DNA of 38,638 bases from IMG/VR virus record IMGVR_UViG_3300033153_003840, positions 1 through 38,638 of that record; one strand, written 5' to 3'. The notes under the pieces are model-generated. The model was not told the DNA's origin and did no database searches. It worked only from the letters and a program-made list of their open reading frames with translations. Origin of the DNA: a virus. Of the stretch, positions 7,596 to 17,858 are shown in pieces. Made by a program: the position numbers and the translations under genes. Every line of letters starts with the position of its first letter. Positions within the stretch are counted from its first letter, which is position 1.

Positions 7596-9233
7596 TTACA
7601 CCTGTATCTCTGTTATAGTAATTGAAGAAGCTAAGACACCGCCAAACTTTCTAGTGCCACCGTCTCCATTAAAAGTTGTTGTTCCTGCGCTAGGGGCACC
7701 AGCCCGCACTCTAAAAGTAGTTGAGCTAACAGTTCCTGCAACCATCTCATAACTAAAACTAATACAAGTTTTCTCGCCAGTTGCCTTGCTTTCAGACGCA
7801 ACAGTAAGAGCGTTAGCTGTTGCGTCTTGGAAAAGAGCAGTAATTAATGCGTTTGCCACGGAAGATGATAGATTAATAACAACCACTATTCGTAATCTGT
7901 TGTTAATACTGGTAGGTGTTATCGCCAATGTCATATATTCATCCCCTTCTGTTATTTGGGGAATTGTATCGTCGTCAGGAGTAGTGGTTGTACCGGTAAG
8001 TACAATTCCTGTCTGCGTGTTTACGACTTGGACTGACGCACCTGCGTTTACTGACGCACCTGTCGCCCTTTGGTAGCTCGTGCAACGCCAATCACCAGAC
8101 GCATACTCTATAAAGGTCGCTTCATCACCTGCCGCCGTGGTAATATTTGCGCCCCCCGGCAGAACCAAATCGAAAGACGACGATACAAGTGTAAGAATCG
8201 CGTCGAAATGTAGCCTTATAACTGCCCCAACTCCGACTGTATTGATTGAAGTGATTGAAGTCGTGCCAGTCACATCGAAGTAGTTGCCGTCCGTGATTAC
8301 AGGTAGCGCGGTAGCCGAGGCAATATCGGCCCCCTTTGTGAGTATGACGTTATTAGAAAAGGTCTTTTTCCCCGCGATAGTCTGCGCCGTTTTAAGGTCA
8401 ACGATGGACGCGGGATTAAGAAGTATCCACTTATCAAGCGTAGCGTCAAAGACAAGGTGCATCCGGTAGTTTGCACCATGTATATCTGATACCGCTAGGG
8501 CAACATCGTTACCCTTAACAATAGTCTTAGCGGTCAGGCCATCTGGAGCGAAGGTCGGGGTCGTGGTCGCGTTGGCTCCGCTTGCCTCAACGATACACTC
8601 TATATTATTTGCAAGGGCCGAGATAGTGGGCACGAAGGTTGCCGTTATAGCATCGACTGTACCACCGGCAACGGCTTGACGATTTGGTATAGCAACACTC
8701 AACTGTGACGAGGCAAGCACAAGGCTTGTGTCTACGGTAGAAAGGGTTGATGATAAATCGGTTATAGGCAATGCGACTGGTAGACCGGAACTATCAAAAG
8801 CGAGTATCTTGTCCGCTCGTTCTGCGGCAGTAGAGGACACCTCTTGGTCGGTCGTTTCCTCGATAGGTATTTTTATCGCCCGGTAAATATCGCGGCGATT
8901 CTGCTGAATCAACATCACGGCTCTATCAAAATCGTCGTCGAACGTCTGCGCCCGCATATTCCCGTTCTCAACATAATCTGGTTTTCTGTCATACGGCAAT
9001 TCGCCGGAGATAGTGACGACCGATAAATTAATAGGAGCGGTCACAAAGTCGATAGAACCGCCACCGGCATCGCCCGCACCGTTCACCGTGTAGTCGGTAG
9101 TCAAGACTTGAAGAACGTCATCAACCTTGACGGTCAAATCGGCATCCGCAAAGATTCGGAATCCGTATGCGAAATTCGTTGAGCTACCATTCCCTGTGTG
9201 AGTATCAACCCTTTCTAAATCGGCTACCGGCAT
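7596..9233 (-). CDS. Tail fibre protein, 545 aa
   Basis: AGGAGG lies upstream of ATG 9233. The N-terminal THTGNGSSTNFAYGFRIF..LTVKVDD..YTVNG pattern is typical of podovirus fibre anchor domains. The remainder is Thr/Ala/Gly-rich. Confidence 0.75.
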   Translation of the reverse strand: MPVADLERVDTHTGNGSSTNFAYGFRIFADADLTVKVDDVLQVLTTDYTVNGAGDAGGGSIDFVTAPINLSVVTISGELPYDRKPDYVENGNMRAQTFDDDFDRAVMLIQQNRRDIYRAIKIPIEETTDQEVSSTAAERADKILAFDSSGLPVALPITDLSSTLSTVDTSLVLASSQLSVAIPNRQAVAGGTVDAITATFVPTISALANNIECIVEASGANATTTPTFAPDGLTAKTIVKGNDVALAVSDIHGANYRMHLVFDATLDKWILLNPASIVDLKTAQTIAGKKTFSNNVILTKGADIASATALPVITDGNYFDVTGTTSITSINTVGVGAVIRLHFDAILTLVSSSFDLVLPGGANITTAAGDEATFIEYASGDWRCTSYQRATGASVNAGASVQVVNTQTGIVLTGTTTTPDDDTIPQITEGDEYMTLAITPTSINNRLRIVVVINLSSSVANALITALFQDATANALTVASESKATGEKTCISFSYEMVAGTVSSTTFRVRAGAPSAGTTTFNGDGGTRKFGGVLASSITITEIQV

Positions 9234-9237
9234 CTAT

Positions 9238-10665
9238 TTACCTCCTGTTATATTCTACGCTAACCTCATGGCTACCTTGTCCCGGCCGCCAGTCTCTAAA
9301 TGGAAGTACGGAACTCTCGTTGACAGACTTGCCTATCCGTACCGGCGTATTATGTATTGCCCCCGCTCCTGAATCTATATAGTCGTCCTCTTGATTCGTA
9401 TTAAGCGGTATCCAGTCCCGCATCTGCGCGGGGAGTTTACTATCTAAGACGCTCTGATGTGCGTGTAAGAACCCACCCGAAAGCGGAGTATCGAACGCAT
9501 CAAGTATCCGTTTCGACTTATTAGTTTTAGCATGAAACTCGGTCACTCCGCAACGTAAACGATGTTTCTTTAAATGCTTACGAAGTATCGCCGGGACAAA
9601 ACCCCCAGGGCCGTTTGTCTCGATACAGATACCAGGAATAGAATAGTCCCTTACCAACACACATATCTGCTCGCATTGTGCGTCAACGTCGCCGGTCAAG
9701 GCTTCTGCAATCTGCCAGTAAAGATGCCCGTGCTGATTCGTAAACATCACCGATAAGACGCTATCGTCACTATCGACCTTGCCGAGCGATACATCCCAAT
9801 AAGTCGAGCAACCCACCATGCGCTCGCCGTCTATATCCATTACGACCTGCCCGTTGGCTTGACGTATCTCCGGCATTTCGTAGTAAGGAACCATGAGGTC
9901 GGGGTCAAGGCGTATCTCATGGAGCGGTTTAGCAACTAGCATATACTGGCTATCCCACTCGTTTTGTGTCTTACACTCGCTACGCCTAAACTCAACTTCT
10001 TCTTCGGTAAAGTAGTCGGGCCATACGCATTCGCCCTTCTCGTTAAATAAGGGGATTACCAATGCGTCGGCCCCAAGTGCTATCTGTTCCTCGTAAACCG
10101 AATCGTGCGTATGCGGTGTACCGATATACAGTTTCTTCCCACCGGGGACGAGGATGTGTGTCGAGTCTGCCATTCTCCTACGGAGCGTTTCGCGCAAGGT
10201 CGGGTGGAGAACATTCTTCGGCACTTCCACGTCGTCAAAGATAACCTCGTCGGCTCTTGAGGATGTGACGTTCCCCATAATACCCTGCGCTGTCACCGAT
10301 GCGTTACGATGGTCGGGGTTGCCCGTAACGCTAAAGCGTATCGTCTGCCATAACCGGCCCTTCATGCCCTCACAAAGTGGGTGCATATTGAGGACGTGTT
10401 GCGCGTCTGCGCTCATTTTGCTGGATGTGAGGTCGTCGGCAGACTGCACCAAGAACCTGTAAGCAGGGTCGTTCCTCAACTTCCACGCCATATAGAGGGC
10501 TGTGATAGTCGATTTAGCCGCACCCCTAAAGACTTCAAGGACGGCGACACGCTCCTTGCTCTCCAACCACTTGCATATATCGACGTGGAAGGTCGGAACG
10601 TCCCAACCCTTGAAGTCGGCCCATATATAGAAGAACGCAGGGAATGATATTTGTTTATCGTTCAT
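9238..10665 (-). CDS. terL: Terminase large subunit
   Basis: It has a Walker A-like FRGAAKST and a Walker B-like ADEVIFDDVE. The C-terminal nuclease-like half contains acidic residues. At 475 aa the size is typical. Confidence 0.9.
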   Translation of the reverse strand: MNDKQISFPAFFYIWADFKGWDVPTFHVDICKWLESKERVAVLEVFRGAAKSTITALYMAWKLRNDPAYRFLVQSADDLTSSKMSADAQHVLNMHPLCEGMKGRLWQTIRFSVTGNPDHRNASVTAQGIMGNVTSSRADEVIFDDVEVPKNVLHPTLRETLRRRMADSTHILVPGGKKLYIGTPHTHDSVYEEQIALGADALVIPLFNEKGECVWPDYFTEEEVEFRRSECKTQNEWDSQYMLVAKPLHEIRLDPDLMVPYYEMPEIRQANGQVVMDIDGERMVGCSTYWDVSLGKVDSDDSVLSVMFTNQHGHLYWQIAEALTGDVDAQCEQICVLVRDYSIPGICIETNGPGGFVPAILRKHLKKHRLRCGVTEFHAKTNKSKRILDAFDTPLSGGFLHAHQSVLDSKLPAQMRDWIPLNTNQEDDYIDSGAGAIHNTPVRIGKSVNESSVLPFRDWRPGQGSHEVSVEYNRR

Positions 10666-13600
10666 TGGATTTTAAACCCACCCTTTTTATCTTGCTTCTC
10701 AATCACATAAGGTGGATATCCCGTAGCCCCTTTAAGGGCTTTCTCGTATTCTCCATCTATAAAATCTGAACCGGTCTTTAGTTGGTCTACCAACTGTTTC
10801 AAGGGCAACCCTGTTGCCGCACCCACCGCACTCGCAAAGCTCCTTATGCCGCGCCACATCTCTTCGTCGGTCAAGTTACCTTCAAAAACATAGCGCATCG
10901 CCTCGGTCATGGCCTTGCCTAAATCGTCAACCGCACCGTAGAGCGCAACTTCTTTTCCAAATGCCCGCACCCCAAGAGCTTTGCTAACAAGATACTCTAT
11001 CGCTTCGCCAATAATGAAGATACCATTGAGCGGGCCTAGAACAACTGCCCTCTTCTGGTTGTCCTTATCCCAACTGAAACCATCGGATACAAGCTGAAAT
11101 AATGACGGCAATATTATATGGTAAATCAGCAGGGTTTTCATCTGGTCAACCTTTGAACCTTTACCGCCCAAGAGGTTTCTTATTGCACCCATCTCTTTGC
11201 GTACATACAGGTTCGGTGACGACAAGAACATGGAGAACAGTTTTTGAACAGAAGTGCCACGCTGAAAGTCTGACAACACGGAAAGGTCTGCGCTTTGCTG
11301 TGTCACTTCGCTAAACTTCTCAAACTCAACAATAGCCTTCTCATGTGACATACCCTTCTTTTCCGTGAGGTATTTATAGTACGACCATCCACCGATAGCG
11401 ATAGCTCCCTGGTCTCCAAGAGTGACATTGAGCATAAGGGAATCCATAAAGCCCCGTGTCTTACGGTACGCGCTATACTCCTTCATTCTCATAGCGGTCT
11501 TAATATCGCGCTCCATGTTTGTTCCGCGCTCGGCAAACCATATACTATTCTTCTTGAGAAACTTCACGGCCTTAATCGGTGACTTCCAAAAATCGAACAC
11601 TCCCGCCGCAAAATCTGTTACCGGCATTACCTCCATATAGGCCATTGTGGACACAAGCTGCTTAATGGCTATGACCGGCTTTACCGCAAGGACGGAGCGC
11701 GTGAAGCGACCCCTGAACTTGTCAAGCCAGTTAAGCCTGTTCGCTGTATCTACCCCGCCCTGCGTAAAGTGGTTAATGGCCCTATCTATCACGGCTAACA
11801 TGGTTTTAGAGTGATGCAGGTTGATAGCGGCCCGTACTTTCGGATTCTTGAATACCGAATTAAGCTGCCGCACCTTTTCGCTCCATGCGATGAAATGCTC
11901 CATCTCCGCTACGTGCCGCTCTAATACAGCAATATCGCTTTGCAAAGATATACGGTTAAGATTAGCCACCCTTGCCTTAAGACTTGGCGACCCAACCGAC
12001 CGGCGGTAAGAGACTTCATCTAAGAATGCACCATGAAGCCCCTCGCTCTCAACGAACCCTTCTCTCTTTATTGGGCTATAGAACTCATTGAACGGTAAAT
12101 CAACCCCGTAAGCCTCGCGGTATACGGCATTTACGCGGTCATAGTACGTCCGGTAGAACTCCAACTGCTTCTGAATGAAGTCTAAATCCTGTTTCGTTAG
12201 CGTAGCCCTTACCGCTTGCACCATTTCCTCTGTAAAATTCATCCCCACATGAAAAGTCTCGCGCAGGGCAGGGTCGGAATATTCCATGATAAACTTGCGG
12301 GCCTCGGCCTTAGTCATAACGAGGTCTACCCCGACACCCTTTGCGTTATTGAAATGGCCTATCTCCATCGGCTTTCTATCAAGGTTGAACTGCGTTAGCA
12401 TATCCATATCAGACACAAAACCGAAAGCGGCCCTAGCTATATCCGCGATTGCCGTCACCGCTTTTCTGCGACCGGCTTTTTCAAGATTCTCTTGGGTATG
12501 AACCTCGGCTATCTTGTTGATTATACCTTCTCCGGTTTTGGCGGTGGTATCTCTGCCGGACAACATATTCATTAAATCGTTCCACCCGACAATGCGAACC
12601 CCTAGACTACCGGTAAAGTTTTGAAGCCACTTCTTAAGCTCTTTAATCGACGGCTCGACCTTCTGCAAGCCGGTAGTTTCCATCCCCTTCGGAAACTCCT
12701 TGCCACCCATAAGGGAATCAATAAACGCACCAACTCGCTTATCATCCTCTATTGTGCGGTTGAGCTTAACAAACTCTGCTAGAGCCTTACCACCCGCTTT
12801 CATATCCTTTATGCCAGCTAAGAGCGTTTCAAGCTCACCTACGGTAAACCTCTTCCTTAACGGCGGCGCACCTAACTCTCCGGCCCTGTACCTAAGTCTT
12901 ACAATCATATCGAGGACACGGTTTTCAAGAAGGACTGAATCGGGCATATCTTTGCCGATATACTTATCAAGGTTTTCGCTTATCTTGTCCATCGCTTCTT
13001 CTTGCGACAACTTCACCGCTTTAATAAATCTGTCGAGTATGTTCTGCACATCTGCCGTGTATTTACCGAACGGCTTACCGCCCCGCTTCTTAGCTTTTGC
13101 GGTCTTTATCTCTTTCAGGATTCTATTTTTGAGTTTGCCGACCTTCGTTGTCGCTTCAACGCGAGACTTGGCCTCGGCGGATATCCCCTTCAACCTATCG
13201 CGCTCAATCGCAACACCTTCTCTATTCCCTTCACGGAACGCTACCTTCGCGCTCTGCTCGGCTTTCTTCCAAGCGGCGGCAAGGGCTTTGTTCTCACGAA
13301 TCATCTTAAAAGACTTTACGATGCCCGTGGCGCGGCGAATCTGTCCTTTAATTCCCTTGATTGTCCCAGTCGCTTTTCTTACGGCTTCGGTATCTTCACC
13401 CTTTATAGTCGCCTTGATTTCCTCATTACTCAATTCAAGACCAACCCCGACCTCATCAAGCACTTGCTCCAGCGCGTCAAGATTGGCCTTTTCAGCCTTT
13501 TGAATAGAAGATAAGGGTTCCGTAGGAACTTTCCCCGAACGTAGCTTATTCAACAATTTATCGGTCTCAGCCTTAATCTCCTGTGTTGCTAGGTACTCCG

Positions 13601-15206
13601 CTTCTAATTGCTCACGTCTCTCGGCTGATATAAGCCCATCCACGGGCTGTTTCGCCTCTAACCCACCCTCTGGTATACCTTCGACCTCTACGGGGCTTAC
13701 AGGGGCTTCTACGGCCTCAATCAGGGTGTCAAGCTCTTCCCCTTCGATAACACGGTCGATTATTGAGTCCGTGGCCTCTTCGTCGGTCAGGGTGTCGAAG
13801 TCCGTTCCCTCAATAATCATGTCGATTGCGGCTTCATCGGCGGCTATATCTTCGGCGGTGGGGGCTGCCGGCTCAACCATTTCCTCTGTAGGAACTAGGT
13901 CGGCAAGTGTCGCACCCTCGACCACCTCGACCGCCTTATCCCCCGCCTCTACTTCTTCGACACCAAGCGAAACGAGTATGTCTTTTGTCCTTGTGACTTC
14001 CGCTTTTATCTTAGCCTTACTTGGCCTAGATACCGCGCTCGGAACTTGGGCGATGATTCCAGGTGCGGCTATAACAGCCATACCCTGCGCCGATTCTTTT
14101 CCTGTTTCGTACAACCGCCCCAAGACGTGCGCTAAATCGGTAGGCTTTATGTCCGTTCCCTTGAGAAGATTGTTGGCCTTTTTCGCTATCTCTTCAAAAA
14201 CAATGTTGTTAGATTCCTGCGCTACCTCAATAGCCGTTTCTTTAGCCGTAGTCGTAACGTGCAGGGATGCAAGTTTTAATAGTTTACGCCTTACGGTTTT
14301 ACTTGTTGCCGTTTCTAAGATAGTTTCGCTTAATAGCTTGTTCAACCCAGGTATGGTTTTCATCAAGACCTTCATTTCTGCTAATTCTAATCCGGCGTTG
14401 ATTGCACCTATTCCGAAAGAGGCAGCGCGAACAATCCTATGGTCTATCTTATTGCCATCCTCATCTTCAAATTGGGTCATTTCCCAAGCAGCAAGTCCGG
14501 CCTCTTTCCTCAATGCACTCTCAAAGAAACCCTCAACACCACCTATTTTTAGCCCTGCACCGACCGCGAACGGGATTAATTCAGGCTGCCCCGCAAAAGC
14601 CGCCGCCGTACCAAACAACATCCCAAGCGTTACACCCTTTACTCCGGCTTCACGGGCTGAATCTATCGTCATAGGTAAGAGTTTGGCAGCACTCCTAAAG
14701 GCATCCTCGATACGAGTCTCACTAACAAAGATGTTTTCAGGGGTTGGCATCCCGATATTGTCCATCTCTTTAAGCCAAGACGGGTCGCCGTCCATAACAA
14801 ATCGGTAGCCTAGCTCGCCTATCTGGTTTTGCTTAACCCCTATATCCTTACTCTGCACTAGCCGCTCCATAACCGTCGAGCGTTTTCTGGCGGCTTGAGG
14901 GTTAATCTCAACCCCCCTGCTTATCGCATCCTGTAAGCGAAAAGCTGATGAAGGTGGAATCCCTAAAGCTTCCGAGTCCACAAGAGCTTGCACCGCTTTG
15001 GCAGATTCTTCCTGCGGATTCTCAAACAACTGCATAGCACCATCCCATGCTCGCGCCGCCATACCTATCGATGGGGCTTCACGCAAGACAGGGATTTCAG
15101 ATTTACCCAACGGTATCTTTGGGGCAACTGTGTCCGGCAATCCTGATAAATCCAAACCCTCAGTATCCGGCAATCCCGTAAAGTCTATACTATCAAAATC
15201 AGGCAT
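10662..15206 (-). CDS. Giant internal virion / ejection protein, 1514 aa (T7 gp16 position)
   Basis: The call rests on size and synteny after the gp14/gp15-like genes. It has a long helical, acidic repeat linker (IIEGTDFDTLTDEEA / VIEGEELDTLIEAVEA). I recognised no enzymatic motif. Confidence 0.6.
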   Translation of the reverse strand: MPDFDSIDFTGLPDTEGLDLSGLPDTVAPKIPLGKSEIPVLREAPSIGMAARAWDGAMQLFENPQEESAKAVQALVDSEALGIPPSSAFRLQDAISRGVEINPQAARKRSTVMERLVQSKDIGVKQNQIGELGYRFVMDGDPSWLKEMDNIGMPTPENIFVSETRIEDAFRSAAKLLPMTIDSAREAGVKGVTLGMLFGTAAAFAGQPELIPFAVGAGLKIGGVEGFFESALRKEAGLAAWEMTQFEDEDGNKIDHRIVRAASFGIGAINAGLELAEMKVLMKTIPGLNKLLSETILETATSKTVRRKLLKLASLHVTTTAKETAIEVAQESNNIVFEEIAKKANNLLKGTDIKPTDLAHVLGRLYETGKESAQGMAVIAAPGIIAQVPSAVSRPSKAKIKAEVTRTKDILVSLGVEEVEAGDKAVEVVEGATLADLVPTEEMVEPAAPTAEDIAADEAAIDMIIEGTDFDTLTDEEATDSIIDRVIEGEELDTLIEAVEAPVSPVEVEGIPEGGLEAKQPVDGLISAERREQLEAEYLATQEIKAETDKLLNKLRSGKVPTEPLSSIQKAEKANLDALEQVLDEVGVGLELSNEEIKATIKGEDTEAVRKATGTIKGIKGQIRRATGIVKSFKMIRENKALAAAWKKAEQSAKVAFREGNREGVAIERDRLKGISAEAKSRVEATTKVGKLKNRILKEIKTAKAKKRGGKPFGKYTADVQNILDRFIKAVKLSQEEAMDKISENLDKYIGKDMPDSVLLENRVLDMIVRLRYRAGELGAPPLRKRFTVGELETLLAGIKDMKAGGKALAEFVKLNRTIEDDKRVGAFIDSLMGGKEFPKGMETTGLQKVEPSIKELKKWLQNFTGSLGVRIVGWNDLMNMLSGRDTTAKTGEGIINKIAEVHTQENLEKAGRRKAVTAIADIARAAFGFVSDMDMLTQFNLDRKPMEIGHFNNAKGVGVDLVMTKAEARKFIMEYSDPALRETFHVGMNFTEEMVQAVRATLTKQDLDFIQKQLEFYRTYYDRVNAVYREAYGVDLPFNEFYSPIKREGFVESEGLHGAFLDEVSYRRSVGSPSLKARVANLNRISLQSDIAVLERHVAEMEHFIAWSEKVRQLNSVFKNPKVRAAINLHHSKTMLAVIDRAINHFTQGGVDTANRLNWLDKFRGRFTRSVLAVKPVIAIKQLVSTMAYMEVMPVTDFAAGVFDFWKSPIKAVKFLKKNSIWFAERGTNMERDIKTAMRMKEYSAYRKTRGFMDSLMLNVTLGDQGAIAIGGWSYYKYLTEKKGMSHEKAIVEFEKFSEVTQQSADLSVLSDFQRGTSVQKLFSMFLSSPNLYVRKEMGAIRNLLGGKGSKVDQMKTLLIYHIILPSLFQLVSDGFSWDKDNQKRAVVLGPLNGIFIIGEAIEYLVSKALGVRAFGKEVALYGAVDDLGKAMTEAMRYVFEGNLTDEEMWRGIRSFASAVGAATGLPLKQLVDQLKTGSDFIDGEYEKALKGATGYPPYVIEKQDKKGGFKIQ

Positions 15207-16948
15207 TACTTCGTCCTCTCAAGCACATAATTGATATTACCCTCGGTAACGGGTTTCCCATTTCTAACAAGAACATCTATTGCTTTTTGACGTTTTGGAG
15301 AAATAACAGGTTTCGTGCCTACCGTTGGTGCAGTTGGCTTATCCTCTAAGGCTCTTATCCGTGCTTCCTTTGCTTCGGCGGGTGCTTTGCTTGTAGCTCC
15401 GAAGGGTGATAAAGCCTCTAAGAGTCGCATCAAATACCGTGTCTCCGTTGGCCTCAACATTTCCCTTGTAAACTCTAAAGGATTTGCGTTAGGATGATTC
15501 CTACGATAAGTGTTTAATCTAGCTTTATGGGCGGCATACTGTTCGCTATTGTCAATCTCATCATCTGAATTATAAAACTCTTTATCCCGCGCAGACGCTA
15601 ACCTACGATAAGCCTCGCTTGACTGCTCAGATTCCAACGTACCCTTTCCAAGCATATCCTCAAGGGCTTCCGCATCTGTTTCGGTTAGCTTCCCGGCTCT
15701 ACGCTCGTCTCTTATACCCTCAACCCCTAAGTCTTCAAGGATAGCAGGGTTATCGTTTATCTCATCAAATCTATCAATCTGCTTCTGCTTCGACGCGAAG
15801 GTTTCGGCCTTGCTCCTACTCTCTGCGATACGCTCCAACTCATCCCTTATCGCCTTACGTTCAGGGGCCGGTAGCTCGATAAACTCCGGCATCTTGTAAA
15901 TCTCTCCACTCTTTGCACCGTTGTCGTGCGCTTCCCATACCGCTATCTGGTTGGCCTTTATAACGGCAGTCCGACCCTGATTGTGTAGGATAGCTCGCTC
16001 GCGTATTCGTGTAACCGCCGCCTTCGCCGCTTGGGTCGTACCAGCCCGACTCTCCGCTTTCTGCGCCATATCCTCTATATCTATCAGGGCCATCTTGTCG
16101 CCTTTAGGCCCGTGCTTATCGTAAACATCATTTGCTATCTCTAAGCCGTTATTCGTCATAGTGGCTTCACGGGCCTGCTTAGTGTACGCCGTCCTATCTG
16201 CCGACGTTAAACCAGTATAATTAGAGTACGCGCCACTCTCGGTCTTTGCCTGTAACCGCTCAAGGACTATCTTTGGGTTGCCTAAGACAAGCTCGTTCTT
16301 CACCGTATTGGTATCTATAACGCGGTCAATCTTCCTCCTACGGTCGGCCTTAACGGTAGCTTTCTCCGGTGACGTAGCTATTAAAGTGTGTGCCTGTTTC
16401 TTCGCGCTCGCTTCAAACCCCGCATTTTCAGCCGACCAATTTTCAATCTCAAACAAACCTGTCTCTATGTCAGCTATGCGCTTGTCGTTGACTTGCCCTA
16501 TCAATGCGTTGTCAAATTTAAGTTTGACATCAACCTCTGTCCGTTTTAAACGCTCAGCGAACTCAAGCCTAAGAGCATCGGGGACGGCGGCGGTAAATTC
16601 ACCCTCCATCTTCTGAACCATACTGCTATATTCTTCTTGCTTGCCCGCTATATCCAAATCCTCGCGTCGTGCAATCGCGCTAGACTCAGACGCGATTCTA
16701 CCCTGCAAGCCCATCGTGAACATCCCGACCTGACTCTTGGCTTCTTCGAGCTGTTTCACTTCTAGCTTCTGCGCCTTCGCCCTCTCCGCAGACACAACTC
16801 CACCGGCGAGCTTTAGCCCCGCCTGTAACAACTCAAGGCCGATGCCAGTATCTATCTCCGGCACAAAGCGAGGCGTACCGGCGGGGATAGCCCCAGGGGT
16901 CTTTCTGCCAATTCCTACCTCTCTCGCTCCGGGTATCTTAATAGCCAT
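15206..16948 (-). CDS. Internal virion protein, 580 aa (T7 gp15 position)
   Basis: The protein is helical and Ala/Glu/Lys/Arg-rich. It is translationally coupled on both sides. The call is by synteny only. Confidence 0.5.
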   Translation of the reverse strand: MAIKIPGAREVGIGRKTPGAIPAGTPRFVPEIDTGIGLELLQAGLKLAGGVVSAERAKAQKLEVKQLEEAKSQVGMFTMGLQGRIASESSAIARREDLDIAGKQEEYSSMVQKMEGEFTAAVPDALRLEFAERLKRTEVDVKLKFDNALIGQVNDKRIADIETGLFEIENWSAENAGFEASAKKQAHTLIATSPEKATVKADRRRKIDRVIDTNTVKNELVLGNPKIVLERLQAKTESGAYSNYTGLTSADRTAYTKQAREATMTNNGLEIANDVYDKHGPKGDKMALIDIEDMAQKAESRAGTTQAAKAAVTRIRERAILHNQGRTAVIKANQIAVWEAHDNGAKSGEIYKMPEFIELPAPERKAIRDELERIAESRSKAETFASKQKQIDRFDEINDNPAILEDLGVEGIRDERRAGKLTETDAEALEDMLGKGTLESEQSSEAYRRLASARDKEFYNSDDEIDNSEQYAAHKARLNTYRRNHPNANPLEFTREMLRPTETRYLMRLLEALSPFGATSKAPAEAKEARIRALEDKPTAPTVGTKPVISPKRQKAIDVLVRNGKPVTEGNINYVLERTK

Positions 16949-17485
16949 CTATGCCACCGTAAAAGGTTTAACGGGTTTCTTGCTCTTTATGAAATTCTCA
17001 TTTTGGAACAATTCGGATTCTATCGCCGACGGACTCATCCCTGTTTGCGATAGCGCGCTTGACTTCTTTTGAAACTCCTTAAACTTCTTGAATTCACCAC
17101 CAGACACGACCTCATGCTCGCTCGCGCCGAAGGTTGTTAAAAGCTGTTCACTCTTGCGCTCTGCGGCAGAGAGCGTGGTGGTAACGTCCTTCTCGGTCAA
17201 TCGTTTGGTTTCTTCCTGAATGTCGCGCGCCGTGCCAACTCCAAGTTTCGCCCCCGCCTTTGCAGTCAAGGCTCTCTGTCCCTTTCCCAGTAACTCACCC
17301 TCACGGCGTATCTCCACCGCCTCCAAAGCCGCTTCTTCGAGAATAGACTTTGATTCAAGTTTGGCGGAGCGAGCATCAAAAGCAAGTTGACCGGCTTGCG
17401 CTCGCTTCGCTTCCCTTTTGGAACTTCTCGCACCGAAAAGACTTACGCCTAGACTTGCTCCTAAAAGGACGGTTTCTATACCCAT
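16949..17485 (-). CDS. Internal virion protein, 178 aa (T7 gp14 position), with an N-terminal hydrophobic segment
   Basis: A MGIETVLLGASLGVSLFGA TM-like N-terminus is followed by a charged helical region. The call is by synteny only. Confidence 0.45.
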   Translation of the reverse strand: MGIETVLLGASLGVSLFGARSSKREAKRAQAGQLAFDARSAKLESKSILEEAALEAVEIRREGELLGKGQRALTAKAGAKLGVGTARDIQEETKRLTEKDVTTTLSAAERKSEQLLTTFGASEHEVVSGGEFKKFKEFQKKSSALSQTGMSPSAIESELFQNENFIKSKKPVKPFTVA

Positions 17486-17486
17486 A

Positions 17487-17858
17487 TCAAAGCTCCATTA
17501 CCGTCATTATGCACGGCGCATTGTTTATGATACTCGGTCCTATATCTTTGAACCCTATCAGTTTCACAAACTTTCTCCACAATCTTATACCGTCAACCTT
17601 CGTGCCAACGACCTTCTCAACATTAAACGACCGCATATCAAACTTTAAGACTTCAAAATCAAGACGAATCTCGCGCACTATCTCCGCGCTAAACTGTTTT
17701 ATATACACATGGCAATAAGCGAATTTTTCAGCAAGAGCAAGTTGTATATGAGCATAAGCATATCGAACCCCTTTGTGCATCAACTCATAATAGAGATTTA
17801 GAAAGTCGGCTTCGGCGACCTCAAACTCTCCTGTCTCTCGTTTGATATACCTAACCAT
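17487..17858 (-). CDS. Hypothetical protein, 123 aa (T7 gp13 position); weak GNAT-like C-terminal signature
   Basis: It looks AT-richer than both flanks by eye. The motif LWRKFVKLIGF is reminiscent of acetyltransferase-fold C-termini. It overlaps the nozzle gene end by 8 nt. Confidence 0.5.
   Translation of the reverse strand: MVRYIKRETGEFEVAEADFLNLYYELMHKGVRYAYAHIQLALAEKFAYCHVYIKQFSAEIVREIRLDFEVLKFDMRSFNVEKVVGTKVDGIRLWRKFVKLIGFKDIGPSIINNAPCIMTVMEL

Noticed and set aside
12700-14808. Long plus-strand ORFs (267, 170, 360 and 90 aa) inside the 1514-aa gene region.
   Set aside because: They are antisense shadow ORFs. They have Ser/Ala/Pro/Leu-rich low-complexity translations and no RBS. The opposite strand carries an uninterrupted 4.5-kb ORF in an operon context.
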